This document shows positions 1 to 11,213 of a stretch of 64,000 nt of DNA, one piece after another. The notes under the pieces were generated by a model that did no database searches, was not told the origin of the DNA, and saw only the letters and a list, made by a program, of their open reading frames with translations. Position 1 is the stretch's first letter. Every line of letters begins with the position of its first letter. Made by a program: the position numbers and the translations under genes. The stretch spans positions 1 to 64,000 of the forward strand of contig JAPETS010000047.1 of the NCBI GenBank assembly GCA_026023565.1. The letters are read 5' to 3'. The stretch comes from Cirrosporium novae-zelandiae. Taxonomy: Eukaryota.

Positions 1-219
1 CTCTTTCGCCATCCCTCCCCCCCCCCCCCCCCAATATACACAAGCCCCTCTCTACTAGGAAACATCTCCTCTATGAATTTGCGACTACCACGTCTAGTAT
101 GTGGCAGACACGCGGGAGGAGAGTTAGACAATAACAATACTGCCGCCGTTAGGCAGATTCGACGCTCTTGACGCGTTTTTCCTGTATACCCCAAGCCTTG
201 AACGCCTTCAATCGCCAAA

Positions 220-3200
220 ATGCTAGGTCGACTGCTTCACAAGGCCACCTCTTCTCTGAACCCCAATGCACAACTACAACAGCCTCCGCCACTAGAATCC
301 GTGACCGAGGAAGAGCATACCAGAAATCTCCTCTTCCCCGATCCTAGTCTCTTACAACGAACTCAGTCTCAAGCCTATCCACTCTACGGCACCTCCACCT
401 CTCTTTCGGCCGCAAATGCTGGCAGTTTTGATGATTTGGAAGGATTACACCTGGATCCAAAGAAGGACTTTAGGGTCATTATCGCACAGGATGCCATTGG
501 ACCTTATGATGAACCAATTCTACTCTTCGACTCGCAGTCAGAATCACCTGAACCAACATTCTCATATCCACCTGAAAGTAGAAATCGTCGCTCTTCGGCA
601 GTCGAAGACAAGATCTCAAGACATCAAGCATCACCAAGTATAACATCACAAGCTTCAAGGTTCTTTTCAGGCGGCCCTCCAAGCCCGCGTCGGCTTCAGG
701 TTGATCAAACAATTCCTATTTCCCCAACAAAGCAACGAGGTTCAGTGTTTGGAGGTGGAGAGCCTAGAGCTAGGACAGTTGGCGCCTTTGACCGAGCACG
801 AATGAGAAATTCTTCTATATCATCAGCACCCCCCATCACAGCTGGACAGGAGGATGAAGTTGTTTCCGAGGCACAGAGAACACGTACAATGGTTCATTGC
901 ATGTTTGGAACAGCAACTTTGAGCTACAAAGGTCCAAGCACCAAAATACACATCTTTTCGGCAGATTCGAAGCAAGATAATGGTCGAGGGACCACAGCCA
1001 ATGGCTACCGTGAGACGCGACCATCTTCTAATTACAATACCGGGAGACAGCGAACACCTCTTTCTCGATCAAGCACAGGTGAGGGTTTTCCAAAATCACC
1101 TAATTTTTATGCTCCTGGGGATGGCCGGAAGTTACATGATAAGAGAACACTACTTGTCACACGCACATTTGCGCTCCATGTGGATACAGACTCCAACAAA
1201 ACTCCCCTACAAAATCCTTTTGCCGAGCCAGATAGCTACCCGTTTCCACGACAGGATGGGGGAGGACTTCGAAATAAAGCTCAAAAAGCAAAACAAAATA
1301 GGACGCCCTTGTTTGCTATTGCCATCGTCCTCCAGCTCCCGAAGAGCTCCCAAGAAAATTCACGACCACCTTCGGGATACAGTATGATGTCTCCTCCTCC
1401 ACCAAGTCCATTTGCACAAGCCATGAGTTCAGATAGCCGCAGCTCCTGGCTGTCTGCTGACTCGCCCTTCTCACACGGCTCATTGGCTTCAGATTGGTCT
1501 GGAGGTTTCGATGGTCGACTTGATTCCGCCATGGAGCACTGGGATATCATCACCAGAACCCTGTCTTATCTTGAAGGGAAAGCCCGCCTCGAAATAATGC
1601 GGTTGTTGAAGCATGCTGAGCTCGGATCCCCAGCAAAATCGCCTCTCAAGGACCAGGCACTCCAGAGACCCAAGGAGCGCGCTGTTCATCTTATGCCTAA
1701 TGCGCTTGTCTCCTGTAATCCTATCAAAGATGCAGTCGATGCTGCCGGTACTCGGGTCTGCTCTGGACTTAGTATCAGTAAAGTCTTGCGTGGCCAAGGG
1801 AGATGGGGGATCTGGAGAGAGGAAGCTCGTTGGATAGAACGATGGGTTGGTTACGGGGACCAGAGTTTTTTCTTCAATCTCCTAACTGTTTTCCTTGGAA
1901 ATCACACTGAGTGGTTGAATACTCTGGGACCATCATGGTATAAAAGACGGCACCGGTTGCACCAGAAGCACCGCGACGACAACCCTGTTATACCCAGCCG
2001 AACTGTCATAATTTCTAATGATAAAATGGTCGCCAGACGGCTAATTTTTCTTCTCTCTGCATTTTTGCCCTCATCGTCAAAGCTTGAACTCCTTCATTCC
2101 CCTCATCGTCCAAGAAGGCCCACATCAGCAAGGACTCATTCAGGCTCGCCTCCTACCGGAGTCGGGCCAACGAGACAGGAATCACTCCGTCGCACAATCA
2201 ATCGACGAAGACGAGAACATCAACCTACCGGCGATGAACCTCATCACGAGCGAAGTATCAGCTTTTCAACAGATGACGGTCTAATCGGCACCTCACCGGG
2301 TCCAGAAACTCGGTTAGACCGATTAGACAAAGTTGAATCATCTCAAGAGATTGACAAACATCCTATCAGCGCGGCTCTCCTCCCCTTGAATTCTGCTGAT
2401 CATGGTATCAAGTGCCGTGCTACAACAACTGCCACAGCAACACCCATGGATATTATGCCAGCACCTCACTTTACCACAGGATGCTCGCGAAAAACCAAAG
2501 ATGAACCTGATATGGATCGAGATGGAGAGGTGCATGGTCTAGCTTGTGCCAACCTAACGCGTACTTTACAGAGGAGCCAGGGCACCAACGTCAGTACCGA
2601 CAGCAGTGATTCCCGTCCCAACAGTAAATGGGGCAGTCTGATTAGTAGTTTCTGGAGTGGACACGGAGAGTCGTCTGCTACTGATGAGAGCGATGTTTTG
2701 ACTTCTTCCCAGGAAGGTCTTGGTATCTCCAACATGGGTGAATCAAAAGACTTTTCTCGGCATGCAGCCGATGAAACCCATCTTTCTAGAATGACCAAAG
2801 AAGCTGCCAAAGTCAAAACTGGGGAGAGTTTGACACCGGTACCACATTCTATCCTTGACCGTTATGCGCCTAATCAGGATTCCAAAGTGATCGAAGATAC
2901 GGTGGAAGTGGAGCCGTCCCCAGCTAAGGCTATACCCGACAGTACTAAGTCACCACATATCCCATTGACCCTCTCCGTGAATGAAAAAGATGGTGTCATC
3001 GATGTCGACATTCCTTTGCCAAGTTTCTTTGGTTCGTCTGCCGAATCGAGCAATAGCTCCCCAAGCAAATCACACTCACTTGATAGAGATCCTTATATGA
3101 ATGCTCCCACGTCTAGAGATCTATCTTCTCGCCAAGACGCAGACTTGCCGCCTAGCACGGCCGGCTGGCTTAAGCGTTATTACAATGACTTTGCCCTCCA

Positions 3201-3873
3201 AGCTGTACGCCCATATCCGACACTAGAAGTTGAGATACGTAGTTCGATGAGAGATGAGGGGTCAATCTTCCTGACACCTTCTCTACAGCAAAGCGACGAC
3301 TCAGAAAAATGGACCGACGTGTGCACCACCGTTATCGCGGATACCAAAACCATGTCCATCAAGCGGCTTCGCCTTCAACGGCGGATAAAACTAAATGGCT
3401 CCAAGCAATCTTCCACATGCAGGGACAATTTAGTAGTTGGTGACTACGAAGAAAATATTATCGAAGAGCCTATTATAGATATGGATAGCACCCTGGTCGA
3501 CGCTGTTGAAAGGGTCTTGTTTCGCAGCGGTCAGTCTTCAAAATCGCATTCGCGCTCTCGCTCTCCATATTCCAGAGGAAGGAAAGCCCAGCATGAATCA
3601 GTACATGAAAGTCATGATGATGTCGATCAAATCACTTCGCTAGAAATTCCTCGTGGTGAATGCAAGAGGATGGTCCTCGGAGCACTTGAACAAGTTGCTC
3701 GAAGCGTGACAGCAGAATGGGCTCGTGTCAATGGTAACACTGTTGCAGTGGACATTTCAACATCGCCCAATAAGAACCAAAGGAGCAAACGTGGTGTGGG
3801 AGCCGCTCCTGTGGATAGTACGTTGAGGGAGGGTGTGAGAAGGTGGCTGCAAGAAGTTGAGGAAGGTGCTTAG
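220..3873 (+). CDS. Folliculin-interacting protein (FNIP/Lst4-like), probable TORC1/Rag GAP complex subunit
   Basis: Single 1217-aa ORF. The N-terminus (ESVTEEEHTRNLLFP; FRVIIAQD; CMFGTATLSYKGPSTKIH) and the central RTVIISNDKMVARRLIFLLSAFL segment resemble fungal FNIP-family proteins as recalled. Long S/P-rich linkers. Confidence 0.75.
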   Translation: MLGRLLHKATSSLNPNAQLQQPPPLESVTEEEHTRNLLFPDPSLLQRTQSQAYPLYGTSTSLSAANAGSFDDLEGLHLDPKKDFRVIIAQDAIGPYDEPILLFDSQSESPEPTFSYPPESRNRRSSAVEDKISRHQASPSITSQASRFFSGGPPSPRRLQVDQTIPISPTKQRGSVFGGGEPRARTVGAFDRARMRNSSISSAPPITAGQEDEVVSEAQRTRTMVHCMFGTATLSYKGPSTKIHIFSADSKQDNGRGTTANGYRETRPSSNYNTGRQRTPLSRSSTGEGFPKSPNFYAPGDGRKLHDKRTLLVTRTFALHVDTDSNKTPLQNPFAEPDSYPFPRQDGGGLRNKAQKAKQNRTPLFAIAIVLQLPKSSQENSRPPSGYSMMSPPPPSPFAQAMSSDSRSSWLSADSPFSHGSLASDWSGGFDGRLDSAMEHWDIITRTLSYLEGKARLEIMRLLKHAELGSPAKSPLKDQALQRPKERAVHLMPNALVSCNPIKDAVDAAGTRVCSGLSISKVLRGQGRWGIWREEARWIERWVGYGDQSFFFNLLTVFLGNHTEWLNTLGPSWYKRRHRLHQKHRDDNPVIPSRTVIISNDKMVARRLIFLLSAFLPSSSKLELLHSPHRPRRPTSARTHSGSPPTGVGPTRQESLRRTINRRRREHQPTGDEPHHERSISFSTDDGLIGTSPGPETRLDRLDKVESSQEIDKHPISAALLPLNSADHGIKCRATTTATATPMDIMPAPHFTTGCSRKTKDEPDMDRDGEVHGLACANLTRTLQRSQGTNVSTDSSDSRPNSKWGSLISSFWSGHGESSATDESDVLTSSQEGLGISNMGESKDFSRHAADETHLSRMTKEAAKVKTGESLTPVPHSILDRYAPNQDSKVIEDTVEVEPSPAKAIPDSTKSPHIPLTLSVNEKDGVIDVDIPLPSFFGSSAESSNSSPSKSHSLDRDPYMNAPTSRDLSSRQDADLPPSTAGWLKRYYNDFALQAVRPYPTLEVEIRSSMRDEGSIFLTPSLQQSDDSEKWTDVCTTVIADTKTMSIKRLRLQRRIKLNGSKQSSTCRDNLVVGDYEENIIEEPIIDMDSTLVDAVERVLFRSGQSSKSHSRSRSPYSRGRKAQHESVHESHDDVDQITSLEIPRGECKRMVLGALEQVARSVTAEWARVNGNTVAVDISTSPNKNQRSKRGVGAAPVDSTLREGVRRWLQEVEEGA

Positions 3874-4532
3874 TCATGCCTCTTTCGTCCTTTCATTCAT
3901 GATGACATTATTTTCGCTCTTGTTTTTTTTTTACTGATCGATGGGAGATTTTTATTCCCATCGGTCTCTTGATGATATGATACCCCTATAGCATGTGCTT
4001 ATTACAATGGTGTTTATGACTGGGGTCTAGCAATGGCAAGACTATTTAACGACTGATATGACTTGATGACATTGCGAACAAAGTTCCCTACGATGGAGGG
4101 ATATGGAAGGATTTTTTTAGATCTCGCCTATTAGAGATGCGCTCCTTCCTATGCATCTAATTATTCTCCGACGTTGAGTTCTGGTTTAGTCTGGCTATTA
4201 TGTAGCTAGCTAGCTTAGCCAAGATCGGGAAACTTAGAGACCGAATAATGAAATTATTAAAGTTCTTTGTGAATATTTCAGTGGTATCGTGATTGTTGTA
4301 GTAGAGATAGACTACATGTATTCTCCAAAAGAGTTGTTAGAGATAACACAGTCACCGAAGTTTCTAGCATACTACTTACTTACTGTACTGAATACATTCA
4401 TTAATATTTCCAACCACATATGCCTTTTTCTTTTCTTAAATCCCTTTTTTTACATAGCAATAAATCAATCAATCAATCAATAAACATATAACTTAACCCC
4501 CCCAAATATTCCCTAATTATTCCCTATTCTAT

Positions 4533-4927
4533 TGTGAAAGAGTTACCTGTTTTTGGCGGCCTAGGGCACCGAATGGGATGGACTAAACCCTATTCGGAAA
4601 ACTCTAGGTAAGCGAGAACAAGGGACGGCACTCCGAAACCCCGGAGTTGGCATCCTTTTCTAATAAGCGCTAGTTCTAGATATAGGGTACAGCTACCTAT
4701 ATAGATAGGTAACTGTACGCCCTGATAGACTTAAAAATGGACAGACATCTTTATTTTTTTTATTCTTATGCTCCTGTTCATTTGATCCGTTTGTTTATTC
4801 CAAGAGTTGCGTATTTGTTTACTTATCTAGGTCCTGTATAAAGATACGGTTCCTATCGTTGCCTCAGGCCCCTTACATCCTATACCCACAGCCCTATCTA
4901 AATGCTCAAACCTACAACTCTTTCACA
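4533..4927. mobile_element. Solo LTR, family A (~395 bp)
   Basis: Begins TGTGAAAGAGTT and ends AACTCTTTCACA (12-bp perfect terminal inverted repeat, TG...CA). A diverged copy of its 5' part starts at 46600. No clean target-site duplication. Confidence 0.7.
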
Positions 4928-4935
4928 ATATATAT

Positions 4936-5170
4936 TGTTGTGAATAAATTTAGTAATGGTCGAGGAAATAAGGGTGCGCATACGAGTAGTTGTATTTCCC
5001 TTAAGGGGACTACTAAGCACGGGTGTGTCCCTTTTGTGGTGCGGGCTTACTAACGTAATTATCAGTAAGCCAGCCCTAGCCCTAGCCCTAGTCTGGTTGC
5101 CTGAGGCACGCATGCGGTTGTACGTTTGGCCTACTCCTTAAGTGGACCTCCTAGGATATTATTTACAACA
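4936..5170. mobile_element. Solo LTR, family B (~235 bp), inserted in a TA microsatellite
   Basis: Starts TGTTGTGAATAA and ends TTATTTACAACA (11/12 inverted match, TG...CA). Flanked on both sides by TATAT, a possible 5-bp TSD. Confidence 0.65.
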
Positions 5171-5442
5171 TATATATATATATATATACCTAGCTAGGTA
5201 TATAACTTTTCTTTCCTGTCTTCCTTTCCCTTATTTTTACTTTTACCAACCCCACACGCCCTCCCCCTTTCCCTTCCCTCCCCATCCCTTCCAACTCCAA
5301 TCAAAAAGATTCAAAAACAAAACAAACAAAATCCATAATCCACAAAAAAAAAGAGAGAGAGAGAGAAAGAAAAAAAGAAAGAAAGAAACTGTTATTAGTC
5401 GTTTTATAAGAAAAGTACCTAAAACGTTAACACTAATGTTAA

Positions 5443-6069
5443 TTACGTTAGTACCCTCGTTTTCGATATATAAATATACTCGAGATTTTTGTCACTTGCC
5501 TCAGAGCCCGTTGATGCTTTATCTAAAATCCCATCTTCCACAAGCTGTTTGCACTTCCGCCGCCTCACTTCATATTCCTCTTTTTCCAACAATGTGGCTG
5601 CCCTGATCGAGTTTTTTGCAACCGAGTTGATGCACGCCATTCCTCAGGCTTTGAATCGAGTCATATTTTCCATGCCAGCACTTTTGTATAACGATATCGA
5701 TTTCGTCGTTATCGGATAGTTCAGGAAACCTCATCTCCTGAAGCAAATCCACAACAATCGGGCCGTGATCTTTTCCAAACCATTTGTCATCGTAGGGTTC
5801 GTAGCCGCGGGTCATGTAGTAAGTTGGTCGAAGGTGCCGCTGCTAAGATATTGTAGGAAGTTGAAGTTGGCTGGTGAGAGGCGGTAGAAGCTGCGGACAA
5901 AATGGGGACATTTGAGATTGTTTTCAAGCATATCAAAAATATGATACTTATTTTGAATATCCTCACTGTCATTGTCGAACGCACGTTTGACGGCGATGCT
6001 GGCGGATATTTGGTATACTATTCCGACCCGACCGAAGCTCACAAACTTGGGGTAGCTGGGAGTTGTCAT
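5443..6069 (-). pseudogene. Protein kinase-like pseudogene with internal deletion
   Basis: The N-lobe (FVSFGRVGIVY...IAVK...FLQYLSSGTF) is joined out of frame directly to C-lobe sequence (YYMTRGYEPY...VIQKCWHGKYDS). The catalytic loop and DFG region are absent, and there is a further frameshift in the C-tail. Confidence 0.65.
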
Positions 6070-7486
6070 GGTGGTGTCTTTGGATGGTTTTTGAGGCTAT
6101 GAAGATGCTGATGGAGATGAAAGGAGCTTCTTCAAGTGGAGTTGTGTTATCTATGTCCTAGCCAATGTTGGGTTATGGAATTTACGCCAATACCTTCAGC
6201 TTTACCCCTTGTTTCAGCCATGGAGCAAGGGGGCTATATAGTTCAGCTGTATGAAGACATCCATCAGCTACATAGATTATATGTTTGCATGGTTTGCCCA
6301 ATAGATCCTTGTAATGAAGGGAGAAGAACAAGGGGAAACCTAGCTTGAGGCTTATATATATCATTACCATTACCGTGACTGCAAACCCTACACCTGAAAG
6401 CATAGTTACGTTACGTTCAGCATTTTGCATAAACAGAAACTTTTGTAGAGCAATCATCGGCCTTCGCTATGGTACTGTACCCCCGACCTCGATCTTTGAC
6501 AGTCTCTCTCTTTCTTGTCTCTGTGCAGATCGCTCGTTTTGTCTTTGATGGTTTTTATTCTTAAAGGGCTTGGTGGGATTTTTGAAATAAACATGGTTGG
6601 ATGTGAAAGCGGCTGTATAGCATGTGAATGATAGCTTGGCTTGCCTGGTTATTGGATTATTGGAAAGATGGGATGGGATTATTGGATATGATATGGTCGC
6701 TATAATGCGTGCGTGTGTGGGTTTTGGATATCCTTGGTGATGACCTAGGCCCCCTCGGGGTATATTCGTTTCGAGTGCTGCTGCTGCTGATGATAATTGA
6801 TGTTCTTACCTCGTCTCGTTTTGTCTTGCCTCGCTAGAAACCCATAGCTACATATCCCCGTCGCTAGCGTAACAGTAATAGCATCCCTTTTCTCTAACGT
6901 CCAACTCTGTCTCCTTCTTCTCCCCCCATCACTATCTTAGTAAATGACTTGACATATCTCATCTCATCTCATTTTTTGAATGCGTATGTAATGTCTCGTA
7001 TGCAATAGTCCTAGCCAGGCGTAGGAATCTTTCATTGGATTGCTGTGCTTTGATCGTGAAACTTTGTGGGATTAGAGGCGGGGTTGATTGGGAGAAGATT
7101 GGAGATGAGCGCAATAGGGATTTGAATGTGGGGGTTTGCATAGGTTGAGGTTATGGTGAAAAAGGGAAGAGGAAATAGGAAATCAACACGCTCGGGGGAT
7201 ATGTCTTGTGGTTTGTATGAAATAGAAGAGAAGATTGATTAGAAATAATGGCATTGGCCGAATTAGTACTGGTAAATGATGATCAAAATATGGTTTTGGG
7301 GGAGTTAGCGTTGAAGAATTGTTCTTGTTTCTATTTGTTTATTTTCTCTCTTGGCTGGTTAGGGTTAATGATAGTCGTATACCTATATGTAAGTATGCAT
7401 GTGCTGGGTTAAATAGTACGAGTGCACACATACTTATATTAGCTCCTAGGGCCCTCGTGTCCTCAGATAACCCATCACCCCACCCT

Positions 7487-8259
7487 TCAAGGCGCCACCC
7501 TGTCAACCCTCCACGCTCCCTCGCCCTCCCTCCGATATTGAAACCGATCATGCAACCGACTATTCCTCCCCTGCCAAAACTCCACCATCTCCGGCAGAAC
7601 CCTCAACCCGCCCCAATGCTCTGGCACGGGAATCTTCTCCTGCCCCTCAAACCTCTTCTCCACCTCCTCGTACCTCTTATCTAGTTCCTCCCGCGATTGA
7701 ATGACAGTGGACTGCTGCGAAGCGTACGCGCCGATGCGACTACCCCTCGCTCTCGTATCAAAATAGATCTGGCTTTCCTCCCTCGAGAGCCTCTCCACGG
7801 GCCCCTCAACCCGAATCTGACGTTCCATGGGCGCCCACCAGAACGTCAACGCGGCATATGGGTTCGAGATGATATCTTTAGCTTTTCGGCTGGTGCCCCA
7901 GTTGCTGTAGATAACGAAGCCCTTCTCATCGAGTTCTTTCAAGAGGACTAAGCGTGCAGAGATCTTGCCGGATGGAAGTTCTGCGGTGGAGAGGGTGAGG
8001 GCTTCAGGTGCTGGTATGCCAGAGTCTTCGGCTTGTTGAAACCAAGTATTGAATTGGACAAACGGACTAGGTGAGAGTTGGGAGATTTCGAGACTGGCCT
8101 TTGTATATTGCTCGGCTTGTCCTGTGGTTCCATCGGCGCTAGGCGCGACTATGGTGGAATGTTAGTGAAGGGAGGGGTAGATGAGGTGGGGGATTGCGCA
8201 GGGTATGAAGTGGCATAATTAGACGTACAGATGTATTTGGAATCAGTTGTGGCAGTCAT
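7487..8259 (-). CDS. PDX3: Pyridoxamine 5'-phosphate oxidase
   Basis: Motifs SARLVLLKELDEKGFVIYSNWGTSRK, RQIRVEG, YFDTRARGSRIGA and EFWQGRNSRLHDR. Short first exon (ATG at 8259) followed by one GT-AG intron. Confidence 0.93.
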
Positions 8260-8888
8260 GAGGAAAGATGTGCACTCGAAAGCTACTTGGTAAGCGGTAC
8301 ATGAAATCTAAAAAGACAGGAAATAATAGAAAGTTCAAAGAAATATAAGGTGATAAGTCTCCGTAGTCAATGACTCTTCGAACGTTTGCTCGCTAAGCAA
8401 ACTATTGGTTCGCCCATCCGAGAATCCTGCTCTTCCATCATGGTAATCGGAAGGATAGAAAAATGGGCTGATGAGAATGTTCCTTTTGATTCTGTTCACA
8501 TATTAGATGATGGATGCACCTATCTTCTGGTAGTGCAGGCCATTGTGGGGTTTATTTCGTTGGGACCTGGAAATAAAATTCATGAGGGCGTACAATGACA
8601 ACGGCGGCCCCCAATAACCTTTTGCGTAGTTCTTGAGTAATTGAGTCATTGACTTTGATCCAACCTCGAAGAGGAATCAAATCAATTCATATCAAAGGTT
8701 GTAATTTATGCTTTGTGAGCCTATAGATAAATCTACCTAGGTACCTAATAAAAGTACAGCGCAAAACCAAGACTCCCCATTTCTCTTGTTGCGCCAATGT
8801 ATCAGTTTTCCGTTTTCCTTCATGATTGATATACCATAAACATAACTCACTCCCTTCCCTTGAGAACTTTCGTGTCTCAGCCACGCTT

Positions 8889-10869
8889 CTATTGAATAAC
8901 ATATGGAGCCGACCCTTTTCCAAATAACAATTCGGGTTTCCGAGACGCCAAGTCAAGAATCGTTTGTGCGAACACCGAATTCGCCCATGCGAACCAACTC
9001 CGTGTGTATTCCGACGGTCGATTGACGTTTACACTCTCGTGCACTAGCCCCAGATGACTTGAGTTCTTTACTAGATTCACACATTCAAGGATTTCTGCAT
9101 CATCATTACTCGTCATCGCCTGAACAAGCAGACTCATTGGCCATGCATGTTGCATCCCAACTATGATATTGTCAGTTTCTTGCGGAGGATCTAGGAGTTG
9201 TTAAGCTTACTATGGGGTCCACCGATTCCATGGAATGCCTTCCCCTGCAGGTAATATGGGTTACCCCACTTATTCAATATCATTTTTCTCGTGTTCTGAT
9301 AGACCGGGTTTGTCGTCTCAACAAATCCTAGCAATGGCAACGCCAAGAGGGAGGGAAGGTTGGCATCGTCCATCATGATCGACGAACCATAACCATCCAC
9401 TTCGTAGGCGAACACCTTTCCGTATTTCGCGTGTGAAACGACTCCATATTCCCAGACTCCAGCTTCAATCTTCTCCCCACGGGATGTCAACTCATTTGCC
9501 AATGTGGTTTTCCCTACATCCTTCAAAATCTCGGCAGCTCTTTTCAGCTCTACAGCCATCATGGCATTGGCTGGGATGAAGAATCCTAGGATCGTGGTAT
9601 CATCACTTGGTCTAAAGGCACTCCTGATGAGACCTGTCCCGTTGTTCAGCGGATTACCAATTCCATCCAAGCTTAATGTTTCGGTTCCACGGTCAGTTTT
9701 CCGAGTAAAGGTGTACTCATTCTTTACATAGCTTGAGGTTTCTTCTGAGAAAGTAGGCATTGCCTGTTTATCAAGCACTTCCAGGACCGTGTTTAATGCA
9801 GTATACCAGCGGTTGGTAAGGAAGGCCTTGGAACCGGTAGTTTTATGAAATTGGTTTCCAAGAGCAAGAAAGTGAGCTAGAGAGTCCAACTCATATTTGC
9901 ATTCGAACACAAAGGAGGGCTCGTAGGCAGGATGGACAGTGTCTTCTTGGCCATTGGAGGTGTGTGCAAGCCTACTGGGGGGAGGTGGTTGAAAAGCATT
10001 GCAATAAGGAGATTCGATGACGTATTCCGCCTGAGTATTGATAGCTCCCAAGATTAGATTTTCCAACGATTTGTCCTTCTTTGCCAATGTTTGATACTGA
10101 GCCAATTGATTTGTAGAATCCCTAAGCCATTCTGCATTGATGTCTCCCGTCACAATAAAGCTCTGTGGTCCCTCCCATTTCCCAGCATCTTTGTGACCAA
10201 AGGTAAATTTCGGGAATTGGGACATGGCCTTGACACCGTCAACGTGCCATCGAACCGTAGTATCCAAGGTATTAGGGAAGGCATTTGCGAATAATCGGGC
10301 AAGGTCTTTATCAATCATTTGTCCTTCCATGTCTTCTATAACCTTTTCCACGAGCGGTGATGAAAACGTACGGCAGTGCGGTGAAGGCCTTTGCCATGGT
10401 AAACCTAGCGGGCCGGTGCTAAAGGGACGGCTATGAGAACGATATGGATTAGTATATAAATGTAATTGATACAAAAAACAACTTACTGCTGGAAAGCAGA
10501 ATAATGTTTGTAATCAGGACATCCTGCGATTAATTTGCCTCCACCTGCACCCGAATTGGACTCTAGATGACCACCCTGTCGGTTGGGTACAGTAGGAGGA
10601 TGATCAGCGGTTCCATCAGCCGTGTTAAGATACAAGACGAGGAAAGTAAGCACGAGGGCAGTGAAAATGAGTGTCATGGCCACTTGGTTACGGGTTTGGC
10701 CAAGATAATTAAAGGGTGAATGAGAGGAAGAGCCAACTCTTCGGGGTTTAAAATTGGAGGTTGAACTTGATGTTGAAGTGGAGGATTGCGATGGTGACAG
10801 ATCGTTTCCTCTGAAGCTCGAGCTGTCCTGATGAAGCGGCCGTCTTGAAACTGTTGCGCGGCGACTCAT
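8889..10869 (-). CDS. Glycoside hydrolase family 125 (exo-alpha-1,6-mannosidase-like, DUF1237) with N-terminal membrane anchor
   Basis: Three exons. Motifs NAFPNTLDTT, TGDINAEWLRDS, FECKYELDSL, SAFRPSDD, MDDANLPSLL, GIGGPH, WPMS and RSWFAWANS. Hydrophobic LIFTALVLTFLVLYL in exon 1. Confidence 0.9.
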
Positions 10870-11213
10870 AGCCGCTCCATGATTTTCTTGGTAGCTGGTA
10901 GCTGTTAGCAGTTTAATGTTCTAGATGACGCAAAACAAATTTAAGTGATTGAGTATGGAGCACTTGGACTGATGAGGTGCAATTGCGTGCTGTTGTATTC
11001 GTCGCTTTGGCCTTTAACTCGGTAGAACCAACAGCCGACGTTTCAAGCTCGGCGGAGATGCTTTGCCTATCATCATAACCCTTCCGTCTCCCGAAACTTT
11101 ATAATCTACACAATACGAGGTAAAAAGAAAAGATATACATATCTAATCATCGTCAATTCATTTTCGTAGTCTACTTCGGTGGATATATATCATGTTTGCA
11201 TCCTGTTTTCTGT

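Noticed and set aside
5073..5090. (CCCTAG)3 resembling telomeric CCCTAA
   Set aside because: Only three variant units, located inside a solo LTR; not a telomere.
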